A stretch of 64,000 bases of DNA from Christensenellales bacterium (GTDB taxonomy: Bacteria > Bacillota > Clostridia > Christensenellales > UBA3700): positions 8,506 to 72,505 of the forward strand of contig JBJETR010000072.1 of assembly GCA_051883415.1 (NCBI GenBank), given 5' to 3'. Each line of letters begins with the position of its first letter. Position 1 is the stretch's first letter. The position numbers and the translations under genes were made by a program. Shown in pieces: positions 1-10,533 of the stretch. Under the pieces are notes generated by a model. The model saw only the letters and a program-made list of their open reading frames with translations. It was not told the origin of the DNA and did not search any database.

Positions 1-482
1 CCGCCTGTTAGCGGCTTGAACAATTGATGATAATGCTCTTGTCCCGTTGCCGCAAGAGTCGTCAAAGTTCTACCGTGAAAAGAATTGTTGAGGGTAACGA
101 TATTGTAGTATTCCTCTCCCTTCTTGCTTTGAGCGTACTTCCTTGCGACCTTGATTGCGCACTCGTTGGCTTCGGCTCCCGAATTGCTAAAAAACACCTT
201 TTTCATGTCGGTTTTTTGACATAACAGGCATGCCAACTCGGCACAAGGTTTGGTGTAGTACAAGTTAGACGCATGTTGAAAGCAAGCAAGCTGTTCCGCT
301 ACCGCCCTCATCCACTCGTCGTCGCAGTATCCAAAAGCCGTCACGCCTATTCCGCTACCCAAATCGATATATCTCTTGCCCGTCTCGTCCCATACTTCGC
401 TACCCTTTCCTCGACGTATCTCCACGCCAAAACGGTTGTAGGTATTGGCGATATATTCTTTATCTATCTGCTTAGTATTCAT
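1..482 (-). CDS. argD: Acetylornithine aminotransferase, N-terminal part (runs off the window edge)
   Basis: Not in ORF track. Manual translation from ATG at 482 (overlaps argB stop, ATGA) gives MNTKQIDKEYIANTYNRFGVEIRRGKGSEVWDETGKRYIDLGSGIGV, a class-III aminotransferase N-terminus; position in arg operon fits. Confidence 0.9.
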   Translation of the reverse strand, partial: MNTKQIDKEYIANTYNRFGVEIRRGKGSEVWDETGKRYIDLGSGIGVTAFGYCDDEWMRAVAEQLACFQHASNLYYTKPCAELACLLCQKTDMKKVFFSNSGAEANECAIKVARKYAQSKKGEEYYNIVTLNNSFHGRTLTTLAATGQEHYHQLFKPLTG

Positions 483-1345
483 TGGTTATCTCCCATCACC
501 ATAGTACCTGCGCCCTCATTGGTAAGCATCTCCATAAGAATGGCGTGTTCCACTCTTCCGTCCATAATAATTACTTTTCGCACGCCTTTGTTGATAGCTT
601 CTATGCAACAATCCACCTTAGGTATCATACCACCCGAGATAACGCCTTCTTCATACAATTCTTTAGCCTGCGATATCGTTATTGACGGAATAAGTGTAGA
701 CACGTCGTCTTTATCTCTCAGAATGCCTGCCACGTCGGTCATCATCACCAATCTTTCGGCACCCAAAGCGCCTGCAATATACGCTGCCGCCGTATCGCCG
801 TTTATGTTATAAGTATTACCGTCCTTGTCGCAACCCAGAGTGGAAATCACGGGTATATATCCCTTTTCGAGCAAATCGAGCACGGGCGAAATATTGACCT
901 TGGTAACCTTGCCTACGTAGCCGAGTTTTTTATCCTTTTGCTTAGCTTCAATAAGCCTACCGTCCATACCGCTTATGCCCATAGCCTTGCCGCCATTCAT
1001 CTCAATGAGGTTGACAAGCGTTTTGTTCACCTTGCCTGCAAGCACCATTTGCACGATGTCAACGGTCTCCTTGTCGGTCACTCTCAATCCGTCTACGAAC
1101 TCGGCTTTTTTGCCAAGCTTTTGCATAGTGTCGCTAATCTCAGGTCCACCGCCATGTACCAACACTACTTTGACTCCTACCAACCACAACAAGACTATGT
1201 CTTCCATAACCTGTTGCTTAAGCACGTCGGAAGTCATTGCGTTGCCACCATATTTTATTACTATAATCTTGCCGTTATACTTTTTGATATAAGGCAAAGC
1301 TTGCGTCAATACTCTTGCCCTTTGCGCATTAGAAAAATTATCCAT
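479..1345 (-). CDS. argB: Acetylglutamate kinase
   Basis: IKYGGNAM, VHGGGPEI, GLRVTD, NINGD, GGMIPKV motifs; ATG follows GAGGTG RBS. Confidence 0.97.
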   Translation of the reverse strand: MDNFSNAQRARVLTQALPYIKKYNGKIIVIKYGGNAMTSDVLKQQVMEDIVLLWLVGVKVVLVHGGGPEISDTMQKLGKKAEFVDGLRVTDKETVDIVQMVLAGKVNKTLVNLIEMNGGKAMGISGMDGRLIEAKQKDKKLGYVGKVTKVNISPVLDLLEKGYIPVISTLGCDKDGNTYNINGDTAAAYIAGALGAERLVMMTDVAGILRDKDDVSTLIPSITISQAKELYEEGVISGGMIPKVDCCIEAINKGVRKVIIMDGRVEHAILMEMLTNEGAGTMVMGDNQ

Positions 1346-1352
1346 ATTCACC

Positions 1353-2567
1353 TCAAGTACGATAATCTCCGTTGATTTTTACGTAATCATAGGTCAAGTC
1401 GCATCCCCAAGCAGTAGCTTTTGACACTCCTTGATTTAGTTCAACTTTGATCAATATCTCTTTTTCGCTCAAGACTTGCTTGGCTATTTCTTCCGAAAAT
1501 TCTATGCCTGCGCCGTCCTTACAAACCTCAACGGTTCCGACACAACTCTCAAACGCCACGTCAATCTTGTTGACGTCCACGTCCGCTCCGCTATATCCTA
1601 TAGTGCACAACACTCTGCCCCAATTGGCATCTGCGCCGAACATTGCCGCTTTGAGTAGAGAAGATGTAATGACGCTCTTTGCCACCGTTTTGGCAATTTG
1701 TTGGTTCTTCGCTCCGCCGACAACGCATTCAAGAAGTTTAGTTGCGCCCTCGCCGTCACCCGCAATCATACGACACAGCGCAATGGTTACGCTGTTGAGA
1801 GCCTTGACAAATACTTCAAAATTGCCGTCTTCTTGCTCAATCGGTTCGTTACCCGCAAGTCCGTTGGCAAGCACCGTCACCATATCGTTGGTTGACGTGT
1901 CCCCGTCCACACTAACCATGTTGAAGGTATTAGCTATATCGCTGCTCAATGCTTTTTGCAACATAGCACTGCTAATTGCCACGTCGGTAGTTATAAACAC
2001 CAACATGGTTGCCATATTAGGGTGTATCATACCGCTACCTTTAGCCATACCGCCGATGCGACAGGTTTTGCCATTCAATTCAAATTCCACAGCTACTTGC
2101 TTGTCAACCGTGTCGGTAGTCATTATTGCTTCGGCGGCGTCATCGTTTCCTGTATAAGACAAGCCTTGTTCTAATTTTGACATACCCTTTTTGATAGGTG
2201 TCAAGTCGAGCGGCTGACCGATAACGCCCGTAGATGCAACGACAACGTCGTTTTCATTGATACCCAAAGTCTCGGCTACGGCTTTACTCATCTCCTCTGC
2301 GATATACTCGCCGTCAGCATTACAAGTGTTGGCGTTACCGCTATTGCAAATTATCGCTTGTGCCACACCGTCCGCCACGTGCTTTTTCGTAACGACAATA
2401 GGCGCACCCTTGACGAGATTGGTGGTATAAACACACGCAACACTGCATTCTACGTCGCTAACGATGAGTGCCAAATCCTTTTTGCTTTTGTTTTTTCTGA
2501 TTCCGCAATGTACTCCGCTTGCCTTGAAGCCTTGCGCAGCACACACACCGCCTTGTACTACTTTCAT
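1353..2567 (-). CDS. argJ: Ornithine acetyltransferase / N-acetylglutamate synthase
   Basis: NSGNAN, IMTTDT, KGSGMIHPNMATML (autocleavage Thr), DGDTSTND, C-terminal YVKINGDYRT. Confidence 0.97.
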   Translation of the reverse strand: MKVVQGGVCAAQGFKASGVHCGIRKNKSKKDLALIVSDVECSVACVYTTNLVKGAPIVVTKKHVADGVAQAIICNSGNANTCNADGEYIAEEMSKAVAETLGINENDVVVASTGVIGQPLDLTPIKKGMSKLEQGLSYTGNDDAAEAIMTTDTVDKQVAVEFELNGKTCRIGGMAKGSGMIHPNMATMLVFITTDVAISSAMLQKALSSDIANTFNMVSVDGDTSTNDMVTVLANGLAGNEPIEQEDGNFEVFVKALNSVTIALCRMIAGDGEGATKLLECVVGGAKNQQIAKTVAKSVITSSLLKAAMFGADANWGRVLCTIGYSGADVDVNKIDVAFESCVGTVEVCKDGAGIEFSEEIAKQVLSEKEILIKVELNQGVSKATAWGCDLTYDYVKINGDYRT

Positions 2568-2569
2568 AT

Positions 2570-3496
2570 TTACCTCTTAATTATCAATCCTTTTGTGATA
2601 TCTTGTCCCAACACTATGTTAAGATTTTCTATCGCCGAACCCGATGCGCCCTTTCCAAGATTATCATATAGGGCAATCAGCGAAATTCTCTCTTCGTTGC
2701 CTGCAACCGACACAAGCATGTTATCTGCTCCCGACAGTTTGTTGGCGTAGATAAAGCCTCCGTCCGACATATCGTCACAAAAACTTACTAGTCCTTGGGC
2801 ATACACGTCTTTATACACTTTTTTTATATCGTCCATACTTGCTTTTATATCCTTGGCAAAAAGTGGAACGCTCACTTCCATACCGCTAAAAAAAGGAGCT
2901 ACGATAGGATAAAAAGCAGGCGAAAACTCGATACGTGTCACGCTTTTCATCTCTTTGAGATGCTTATGAGACTGACTCAAAGCGTATTGGGCAGGAGAAC
3001 TAATCAATATGCTATTGTCCCCGCTTTCATACTGCTCAATCATCTTCTTGCCTCCTCCCGAATAACCCGTAACAGACCAACAAGTCAAAGCAATACTCTT
3101 GTCTAATATTCCCGCATCGACGAGCGGTTTGACCAAGGCGATAAAACCGCTTGCGTGACAACCGGGATTAGCTATTCTCTTGCTATTAGCGATGGCATCG
3201 ATTCCCGTCAATTCCGCAAACCCGTACGTCCAGCCGTCGGCAGTTCTGTGTGCCGTCGACGTATCTATCACTACGGTGTCGGGGTTCTCAATCATCTCGA
3301 CCGCCTCTTGTGCCGCAGCATCGGGCAGACACAATATAGCTACGTCTGATTGATTGAGAGCATTTTTTCTCGCCGCGTAATCTTTTCTATCATTTTCACT
3401 TAGAGTGATAAGTCGGATATCGTCACGATGAGACAATCTATCAAGTATTCTTAGTCCCGTCGTACCGGCACTACCGTCAATAAAAACACTTTTCAT
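2570..3496 (-). CDS. argC: N-acetyl-gamma-glutamyl-phosphate reductase (short type)
   Basis: VFIDGSAGTTGL, ANPGCH (catalytic Cys), GYSGGGK, DNLGKGA; start moved to ATG 3496 after AAGGAG. Confidence 0.95.
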   Translation of the reverse strand: MKSVFIDGSAGTTGLRILDRLSHRDDIRLITLSENDRKDYAARKNALNQSDVAILCLPDAAAQEAVEMIENPDTVVIDTSTAHRTADGWTYGFAELTGIDAIANSKRIANPGCHASGFIALVKPLVDAGILDKSIALTCWSVTGYSGGGKKMIEQYESGDNSILISSPAQYALSQSHKHLKEMKSVTRIEFSPAFYPIVAPFFSGMEVSVPLFAKDIKASMDDIKKVYKDVYAQGLVSFCDDMSDGGFIYANKLSGADNMLVSVAGNEERISLIALYDNLGKGASGSAIENLNIVLGQDITKGLIIKR

Positions 3497-3498
3497 AG

Positions 3499-4869
3499 TT
3501 ATATTGCTCCTTTGACAAAAGCAATTTGTTTTTCTACCGAAGTCAGGCTCGTTCCTCCCTCGGAGGTACGCTTTTCTACACAATTTTTCAAGTCAATCGC
3601 CTCATACAAATCCTTGTCGAAGACGTTGCTATGAGCCTTGTACTCATCGAGGCTCAATTCTTCGAGAGTCTTACCCTTGCCTATACACTCCGCCACAATC
3701 TGTCCTGAGATTTTGTAGGCTTCTCTAAAAGGCACTCCCTTTTTGGTCATATAGTCGGCTAGGTCGGTTGCGTTGATAAATCCACCCGCAGCCGCTTTTT
3801 TCATCTTGTCGGGCTTGGTAGTCATAGTGGCTATCATGGGAGCCGTCACGTCCAGGCACTTTGCAAGAGTATCGATTGCGTCGAATACGCTCTCCTTGTC
3901 CTCTTGCATATCCTTGTTGTAAGCGAGCGGAAGTCCTTTGAGCATAGTCAGCAGTGCCATCAAATCGCCGTACACTCTGCCCGTCTTGCCCCTTACCAAT
4001 TCTGCCATATCGCTATTCTTCTTTTGCGGCATAATCGACGAGCCCGTCGTATAGGCATCGCTGAGCTCGACAAATCCAAACTCAAGGCTAGTCCACAGCA
4101 CGAGTTCTTCGCACAATCTCGACAGATGCATCATAGTGATGGCGCAGTCGCTGACGATTTCTAGACAAAAATCCCTATCCGATACGCCGTCCATGGAGTT
4201 TTGGCACACACTATCGAAGCCAAGTCGCTCAGCTTCAAATTCTCTATCGGTGTCGTAGGTCGTTCCCGCCAAAGCGCAACTGCCGATAGGCGAGACGTTG
4301 AGCCTTTTTACTCCGTCGTCGAACCTTCCCAAATCCCTAAGTAGCATCATGCAATACGCCAAGAGATGATGTGCCATAGTCACGGGTTGAGCCCTTTGCA
4401 AGTGTGTATATCCCGGCATAATGCTGTCTTTATTCTTCTCGGCTTGTGCTACGAGTGCCGATATGAGCTTTTTGATTTTGCTCGTCAACTCGCTCACGCA
4501 CTCTCTCACGTACATTCTCATATCCAACGCAACTTGGTCGTTTCTGCTACGTGCGGTATGTAATTTTTTACCTACGTCACCTACTCTTTGGGTAAGGACT
4601 TGCTCTATGAACATGTGCACGTCCTCACAAGATAGGTCAAAATCAAGCTTACCGTTGTCAATATCTTCGACAATACCCGCCAATCCGTCCGCCAAAATAT
4701 TTGCTTCGGCTTGCGTAATAATACCTTGCTTGGCAAGCATTGCCGCATGCGCTATACTGCCTGCAATATCTTGCTTGTACATTCTGCTGTCAAAAGCTAT
4801 CGAAGAATTGAAGTCATCGGCGATTTTATCCGTCATTCCGCTAGTTCTTCCCGCCCAAAGTTTTGCCAT
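3499..4869 (-). CDS. argH: Argininosuccinate lyase
   Basis: KLWAGR, HTARSRNDQ, PGYTHLQRAQP, GSSIMPQKKN signature. Confidence 0.97.
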   Translation of the reverse strand: MAKLWAGRTSGMTDKIADDFNSSIAFDSRMYKQDIAGSIAHAAMLAKQGIITQAEANILADGLAGIVEDIDNGKLDFDLSCEDVHMFIEQVLTQRVGDVGKKLHTARSRNDQVALDMRMYVRECVSELTSKIKKLISALVAQAEKNKDSIMPGYTHLQRAQPVTMAHHLLAYCMMLLRDLGRFDDGVKRLNVSPIGSCALAGTTYDTDREFEAERLGFDSVCQNSMDGVSDRDFCLEIVSDCAITMMHLSRLCEELVLWTSLEFGFVELSDAYTTGSSIMPQKKNSDMAELVRGKTGRVYGDLMALLTMLKGLPLAYNKDMQEDKESVFDAIDTLAKCLDVTAPMIATMTTKPDKMKKAAAGGFINATDLADYMTKKGVPFREAYKISGQIVAECIGKGKTLEELSLDEYKAHSNVFDKDLYEAIDLKNCVEKRTSEGGTSLTSVEKQIAFVKGAI

Positions 4870-4923
4870 ACTCTCTCCTATTATTGCCAAAAGTCTTTCG
4901 ACCTGCGAAAGACTTGGGTTGCT

Positions 4924-6147
4924 TTATTTTTTGTTTTTTGCGTCCACCATTGCCTTGACTTTGATAGGCAATCCATATAGATTTATGAAGCCGGCGCTGT
5001 CTTGTTGATTGTAGTCACTCTCGCCGAAAGTCGCAATCTCTTCACTATACAACGAGTAGTCGCTCCATACCCCCGCATTGATCATATTGCCCTTGTAAAG
5101 TTTTAGTCTAACCTTACCCGTCACAGTCTCCTGCGTCTTGTCCACGAATGCACTCAATGCCTCTCTCAGAGGTGTAAACCATTGACCGTTGTACACCAAT
5201 TCGGCAAAGGTAATGGACAATTTTTGCTTTTCGTGCATAGTCATTTTGTCAAGGCAAATGCTTTCCAATACGCTGTGCGCCTTGTACAAAATCGTACCAC
5301 CCGGTGTCTCGTACACGCCACGGCACTTCATACCTACCAGACGGTTTTCTACGATATCCAATATACCTATACCGTTTTTACCTCCAATCTCGTTGAGCTT
5401 AAGAATGATATTTTTTGCGCTCATCTTCTCGCCGTTGAGAGCCACAGGCTTACCTTTGACAAACTCTAGTTCCACGTACTCGGGTACGTCAGGTGCGGCG
5501 ATTGGTGATACGCCCATCTCCAAAAAGCCCTTCTTCTCATACATAGGCTCGTTGCCCGTATCCTCTAGGTCAAGCCCCTCGTGCGACAAGTGCCACAAGT
5601 TTTTGTCCTTGCTATAGTTGGTTTCTCTATTGATTTTGAGAGGTATATTGTGAGCCTCGGCATAGTCGATTTCTTCGTCACGTGACTTGATATTCCACTC
5701 ACGCCAAGGTGCGATGATAGGCATATCGGGCGCAAAGTGCTTGATTGTCAACTCAAAACGCACTTGGTCGTTGCCCTTGCCCGTACAGCCGTGGCAAATG
5801 GCGTCGGCGCCCTCTTTGAGTGCAATATCAACCAATCCCTTTGCTATGCAAGGACGTGCATGACTAGTGCCCAAGAGGTATTCTTCGTATACGGCACCCG
5901 CCTGCATTGTAGGAATGATATACTCATCCACGTATTCGTCGGTCAAATCAAGCACGTAGAGCTTGGATGCACCCGTCTTGATAGCCTTTTCCTCGAGTCC
6001 TTCCAGCTCGTCGGCTTGTCCCACGTTGCCCGACACGGCAATAACTTCACAGTTATTATAGTTTTCTTTTAGCCAAGGAATGATAATAGAAGTATCGAGT
6101 CCACCGCTATAAGCCAAAACAACTTTTTTAATTTTATTTTTATCCAT
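4924..6147 (-). CDS. argG: Argininosuccinate synthase
   Basis: [40 protein letters not shown]. Confidence 0.98.
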   Translation of the reverse strand: MDKNKIKKVVLAYSGGLDTSIIIPWLKENYNNCEVIAVSGNVGQADELEGLEEKAIKTGASKLYVLDLTDEYVDEYIIPTMQAGAVYEEYLLGTSHARPCIAKGLVDIALKEGADAICHGCTGKGNDQVRFELTIKHFAPDMPIIAPWREWNIKSRDEEIDYAEAHNIPLKINRETNYSKDKNLWHLSHEGLDLEDTGNEPMYEKKGFLEMGVSPIAAPDVPEYVELEFVKGKPVALNGEKMSAKNIILKLNEIGGKNGIGILDIVENRLVGMKCRGVYETPGGTILYKAHSVLESICLDKMTMHEKQKLSITFAELVYNGQWFTPLREALSAFVDKTQETVTGKVRLKLYKGNMINAGVWSDYSLYSEEIATFGESDYNQQDSAGFINLYGLPIKVKAMVDAKNKK

Positions 6148-6161
6148 AAAACACTTCCTTT

Positions 6162-6345
6162 GATGAATATTTATTCAGTCAATATATTTTCATTTGTCTT
6201 AATTATAGCCGTATTAAGATGTAATGTCAACGGATTTTATTTATAAAATTACAATTTTTGTGAATATTTTTATGTATATTTGTATATTTATACTGACTTA
6301 TTGCATATTATGCATTTTTTGAATATTATTCAACAATTATTCAAT
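6162..6345 (-). promoter_or_regulatory. Sigma-A promoter of arg operon with multiple ARG boxes (ArgR operators)
   Basis: Minus-strand TTGACA(6230-6225)-N17-TATAAT(6207-6202); ARG box GATGAATATTTATTCAGT at 6162-6179; further box-like palindromes (TTGCATATTATGCAT, TTGAATATTATTCAA) at about 6300-6333. Confidence 0.8.
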
Positions 6346-6444
6346 TTTGCATTCTCTCCTCCAAGTCTATTAACAATCATGCTCTCGCAACGTTATATAA
6401 ACAAACGGACGGCTTTTGCCGTCCGCCGAATACCATATAACTCT

Positions 6445-9393
6445 TTATCTATTTTTTGCTTTTTTGACCAAGTGTATCACGATAACCAGAACGATTATTG
6501 CAACTACGATAAACGGAGCTGTCTTTGCTAATCCCTCAAAACCTATCATGTCGCTCAGTCTATTCAAAACTCCACCGTTGCCGTTATACTTGTTGTCGCT
6601 ATTTGGTTTGTCGTCCGGCTCTACAGCTTCATCGGGCTCAGTTGGCTCGTCTGGTTGTTCAGGTTCGCCTGGTTGTTCAGGCTCATCGGGCTGCACAGGT
6701 TCGCCTGGTTGTTCAGGCTCATCGGGTTGTTCAGGCTCGTCGGGTTGTGCAGGCTCATCGGGTTGTTCAGGCTCGCCTGGTTGTTCAGGCTCGTCGGGTT
6801 GCTCAGGTGTAGTTGGCACGCTTGTCTCAACTTGGAACTCTTCTTCCTCTATAGACTCCACGTACTTATTTGTCACCGCGTTTGCCACGACTTTTATTTT
6901 TATCTTTTTGCCCGCTGCGTCTTGAGGTACGACAAAGCTTGTGCCGTCCATAGGCACGTAGTCTCCACCGTCTACACTATAAAAAATTGCAGTTGTCGTC
7001 TCTACTTCGATGGCGTTGTTATTAGGGTTGGTCAGCGTAACGCTTACCGATGCAGTTTCATCCGCCTCCCATTTTTCTTGGTTTTTAGCAATTGCAATTT
7101 GTATTTCCGTTGCCACGACTGCCACGCTTATTTTATCGTAAATCGGTGCATAATTGGTATTATTCGGCAAGAATTTAACGTCAATATTTTTGGTCTCGTC
7201 GGCGTAATCATTACTACCTATTACCATGCTCCACACGCCGCTCAGTTGGCTTCCGCTATACTTGTCTACAACCACTCCTCCCGTAAGTGTAGACTCTTCC
7301 CACTTTTGTCCATACTTCAACGTGCTTGCCGTTGGCAAAGTCTGCACCTCGCAATCCCACTTGACAGTCAGTTCAATGCTCTCTTCGATTGATACGTACT
7401 TTCCTTCGATATCCGCCGTCTTTGCTTTGACGTATAGTTTAGAACCATACGTCGCAGTGTTAGGAACTGTAAAAGTGTTTCCGCTCAAAGTCACCCAACT
7501 GCCTAAGAGTCCAAGTCTATAGCTGTACGTAACTGTGCCGTCGTATTTCAGCGTTTCGTCATAGTAATTGGTAATTTTGGTAACTATTTCTATATTTTGT
7601 CCCGAATATACTGACGTCGTAGGTGCTACAAAGTCAATATTAGGCGACGATTTTTCCACGACGGCGTTGACTTTCATCTTTATCGGAGAATAGACCGACT
7701 TATCGGGTGTAAAGATAAGGTTGACCTCCTCGCCATCGGCAAAAATGGCGTCGGGATTCTCAAAGCTCCACTCTCCCGCTATGGTTTTTCCACTCAAGCT
7801 GTCTTTGACTACTCCGCCGCTTATCGTCGCATTGCTTATCTTTTGACCATACTCGATAGCAGACAGTGTAGGTGCACTGACAATTGTCGGCGTACCCACG
7901 TTGGTGTCGACGGTGTAGGCTTTGATTCTAAAATTGACGGGTGTCGTTCCGCTATTAAAATAACTCTGACAATCGTACCACGTTGATCCGCTACTCGATA
8001 TATACGATTCTCCTTTGTTGACGGTGACGTTGCTGTTGGCTAAGGTAATCAAGTTACTTCCCGAATATGCCTGCAAAGAGCCGCTTCTATCGATTCCTAC
8101 GTAAGCGGTAGTTTGAAAACATACGAAGAATTTTTCGTCAGCATTCAGTTGCACTTCTTCCGACAATTTTATGGTACTCATACCCACTTGTCCGAAGTTG
8201 CCCGATTGAGTATGCGCCAAGGTTCCCTTGCTTAGTCCCGAAGAATTGTCCGTACCCTTATATATATTCAGAGTATATGCCTTGCCTGAGCTCTCTTCTT
8301 TTGTCAAGTCGTTGCTCTCGCAAGTTTCGATACTCACCGCCGTCAAAGTTTCTTCACCTACGCTTTGGAAGACGTTGCCGTAATATCTATCGCTACCACC
8401 CACGTATGACGAGATAATACCGCCGTCGTGCTGATATCTGTTGTCGTATTCGGTGGTATCAACCACGTCGTACGCCGTTGCCCAAGTCATTGTTTTGTCT
8501 TCGTAAGAAATCCAAAAGTATCCGCCAAGCCCCCAACCTGTACCCCAACTGTTTTTGATGAGCCAAGCGCCGTTGTTAGAAGGCGTGGTCGAAAAGTTGG
8601 TCTTAGGATAATCATCGTCCCAACCCACGATGGTTACGGCGTGGTTTTCGCTATAAGTGTTGTAACAATAAAAGGCAGAATTAGCAGAATTAAAATAGTA
8701 ACTACTAGAAGAAGAATAATAAGACGTTGCCACCGCACCGTAGGTCAATATCGCATTTTTGACGTCGTCGGCTTGGGTTGGCAGGTCATAATAATATACG
8801 TTGTCTATGTAATATTCGCATTGATATCTAAGACTCGGATTAAGCGTAGTGTCGCCACCATTGTCCACAGCGTACACCAAATCGTCGTAATCGGCAATCG
8901 ATTCTCTAGCAAAGCCGATGCCCGTAGCAAGAGTGTGCGCAGCAATAAGGCTCGAGCCACCGATGTCGTAATAAGGCTCGTCCGAATATGTATATTCCAC
9001 GCTATCGTCCGTTCCGTCACGTTCTGCATTGTAAGCAAAATAGCCTAAGTGCCATTCCGACAAATCGACGTCGGAGCTAGCACCGTGATTTTTGATTGCG
9101 TCGCTCTCCGCCGCAGCACAAGCGGCAAAGGTCCAACACATGCCTAGTGGATTTTGATTTTTGACGGGGGTTACGTACTGAAGATTCTGGTAGTTGTCGT
9201 TGTAACTTGTAGGCAGAATTGACGTTAGCGTTTCTACCTGCGTTTCTACACTCGTGTTGGCTACGTGCGTATTGTCTAAGATATCTTGTACTAAAGACTG
9301 ACCGCTAAAATCTATGGTGACGCCTATAGCCAGCACGCACCATACACTGAGCAAAAGAATTATCAAACCTATTGCCGTAGCAGTCCTTTTCAT
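6445..9393 (-). CDS. Surface papain-like (C1A) cysteine protease with lectin-like and Ig/MBG-like domains, PEQ linker and C-terminal TM anchor
   Basis: QNPLGMCWTF (Gln/Cys), NHAV (His), KNSWG (Asn); N-terminal signal/TM; C-terminal hydrophobic helix followed by KKAKNR. Confidence 0.88.
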   Translation of the reverse strand: MKRTATAIGLIILLLSVWCVLAIGVTIDFSGQSLVQDILDNTHVANTSVETQVETLTSILPTSYNDNYQNLQYVTPVKNQNPLGMCWTFAACAAAESDAIKNHGASSDVDLSEWHLGYFAYNAERDGTDDSVEYTYSDEPYYDIGGSSLIAAHTLATGIGFARESIADYDDLVYAVDNGGDTTLNPSLRYQCEYYIDNVYYYDLPTQADDVKNAILTYGAVATSYYSSSSSYYFNSANSAFYCYNTYSENHAVTIVGWDDDYPKTNFSTTPSNNGAWLIKNSWGTGWGLGGYFWISYEDKTMTWATAYDVVDTTEYDNRYQHDGGIISSYVGGSDRYYGNVFQSVGEETLTAVSIETCESNDLTKEESSGKAYTLNIYKGTDNSSGLSKGTLAHTQSGNFGQVGMSTIKLSEEVQLNADEKFFVCFQTTAYVGIDRSGSLQAYSGSNLITLANSNVTVNKGESYISSSGSTWYDCQSYFNSGTTPVNFRIKAYTVDTNVGTPTIVSAPTLSAIEYGQKISNATISGGVVKDSLSGKTIAGEWSFENPDAIFADGEEVNLIFTPDKSVYSPIKMKVNAVVEKSSPNIDFVAPTTSVYSGQNIEIVTKITNYYDETLKYDGTVTYSYRLGLLGSWVTLSGNTFTVPNTATYGSKLYVKAKTADIEGKYVSIEESIELTVKWDCEVQTLPTASTLKYGQKWEESTLTGGVVVDKYSGSQLSGVWSMVIGSNDYADETKNIDVKFLPNNTNYAPIYDKISVAVVATEIQIAIAKNQEKWEADETASVSVTLTNPNNNAIEVETTTAIFYSVDGGDYVPMDGTSFVVPQDAAGKKIKIKVVANAVTNKYVESIEEEEFQVETSVPTTPEQPDEPEQPGEPEQPDEPAQPDEPEQPDEPEQPGEPVQPDEPEQPGEPEQPDEPTEPDEAVEPDDKPNSDNKYNGNGGVLNRLSDMIGFEGLAKTAPFIVVAIIVLVIVIHLVKKAKNR
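6620..6810 (-). repeat. 18-nt coding tandem repeat (PEQP[D/G]E) in about 10 copies
   Basis: Repeated ggttgttcaggctc(a/g)tc units encoding a Pro/Glu-rich spacer. Confidence 0.92.
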
Positions 9394-9585
9394 CGATACC
9401 TCTAACACAACCTACTAATAGGCACGCATAATATACGCGCACTATTATATTATATTTTACAACAATTTTTTACCTTTTGCAATGCCGATTTATCAAAAAA
9501 GTGGGGACTACCTGCTTAGTCCCCTAAATTTTACACCAACTTATTAAAAAACGGGAATTAAATATTCCCGTAATTTTACACAGAC

Positions 9586-10284
9586 TTATTTTCCATTTCT
9601 AAGACTTGCAAGTATTGCGTCGAGCGCTTCGTCAACGCATCGACAATTTATCTTTGCCTTACCCTCTTGCATATCGATTCCGTAAGAGTAGTTGGTCAGA
9701 CTCAACATACTCAAGTCGTTATTGCCGTCGCCCACTACCCACAAGTTGTCCTTGTCCACTCCGAGATAATTCATAACCTTCTTTACGCCTGCGGCTTTGT
9801 CTATATCGCAAGGGCTGAAGTCGTAGCAATCGCATTGTCTATATACGTTGACGCCCTGCAAAGCCTCGCTATAATCTTGCACTATCTCGTCCAAAATTTT
9901 CCATTCTTTTTCGCCTCTAGGAAAGGGCGTCAAAGCCACCTCGTTAGGCTGAAACCATACCCCGTCGCCCAGCTTTTCTTCTATCTCTTCTCTCAACTTG
10001 TCGAGAATATTTTTCGCCTTTTTATCAACCTTCACTCTCTCGTATCTGCTCGGAGGCAAGTCGTATCCAAAACATATCACTGCGCCGTTTTCGCCGATAT
10101 GTATCGGGTTTTTTAATCCCAACTGCCTTGTCAAACCGCATAGATAGTATATGGGTTTGCCAGAGCAAATAGCGACGTAAGCATATCTTTCTATCTCCTT
10201 TAGTTTGTCTACGTTTTCCGCCTTTACTGCCTTACCGATCTCGGCAAGCGTACCGTCCAAATCAAACACAACAAGTCTTTTCAT
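9586..10284 (-). CDS. HAD-IIB family phosphatase
   Basis: FDLDGTL motif I, CSGK motif II, DKAAG, VGDGNNDLSM motif IV. Confidence 0.88.
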   Translation of the reverse strand: MKRLVVFDLDGTLAEIGKAVKAENVDKLKEIERYAYVAICSGKPIYYLCGLTRQLGLKNPIHIGENGAVICFGYDLPPSRYERVKVDKKAKNILDKLREEIEEKLGDGVWFQPNEVALTPFPRGEKEWKILDEIVQDYSEALQGVNVYRQCDCYDFSPCDIDKAAGVKKVMNYLGVDKDNLWVVGDGNNDLSMLSLTNYSYGIDMQEGKAKINCRCVDEALDAILASLRNGK

Positions 10285-10533
10285 TTTCCACTCATCTCTT
10301 ATATTTAGCATTATTGCTTCTTTTGTATTATTTTATCCTCTTTGCCAAGCCGTTGTCAATCGTGTGATTGATTTGGATAGCATTGACTTTGGATGTGTTT
10401 TTCTAATATCATATCCGTAGCGCTGCCTAAGTGCTCTATTCGCAATAGCAGGATATATCATCTATTTGCCACCCACCCCTTTTACGGCAGTCTATCAAAA
10501 AGCGACCTGACCTTTCGTCAAGTCGCTTAGTTG

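Noticed and set aside
10088..10114. Seventh copy of the 26-bp palindromic element inside the HAD gene (CCGATACATATCGG)
   Set aside because: Only the inner core matches and it is explained by coding sequence (NPIHIG), so it was not counted.
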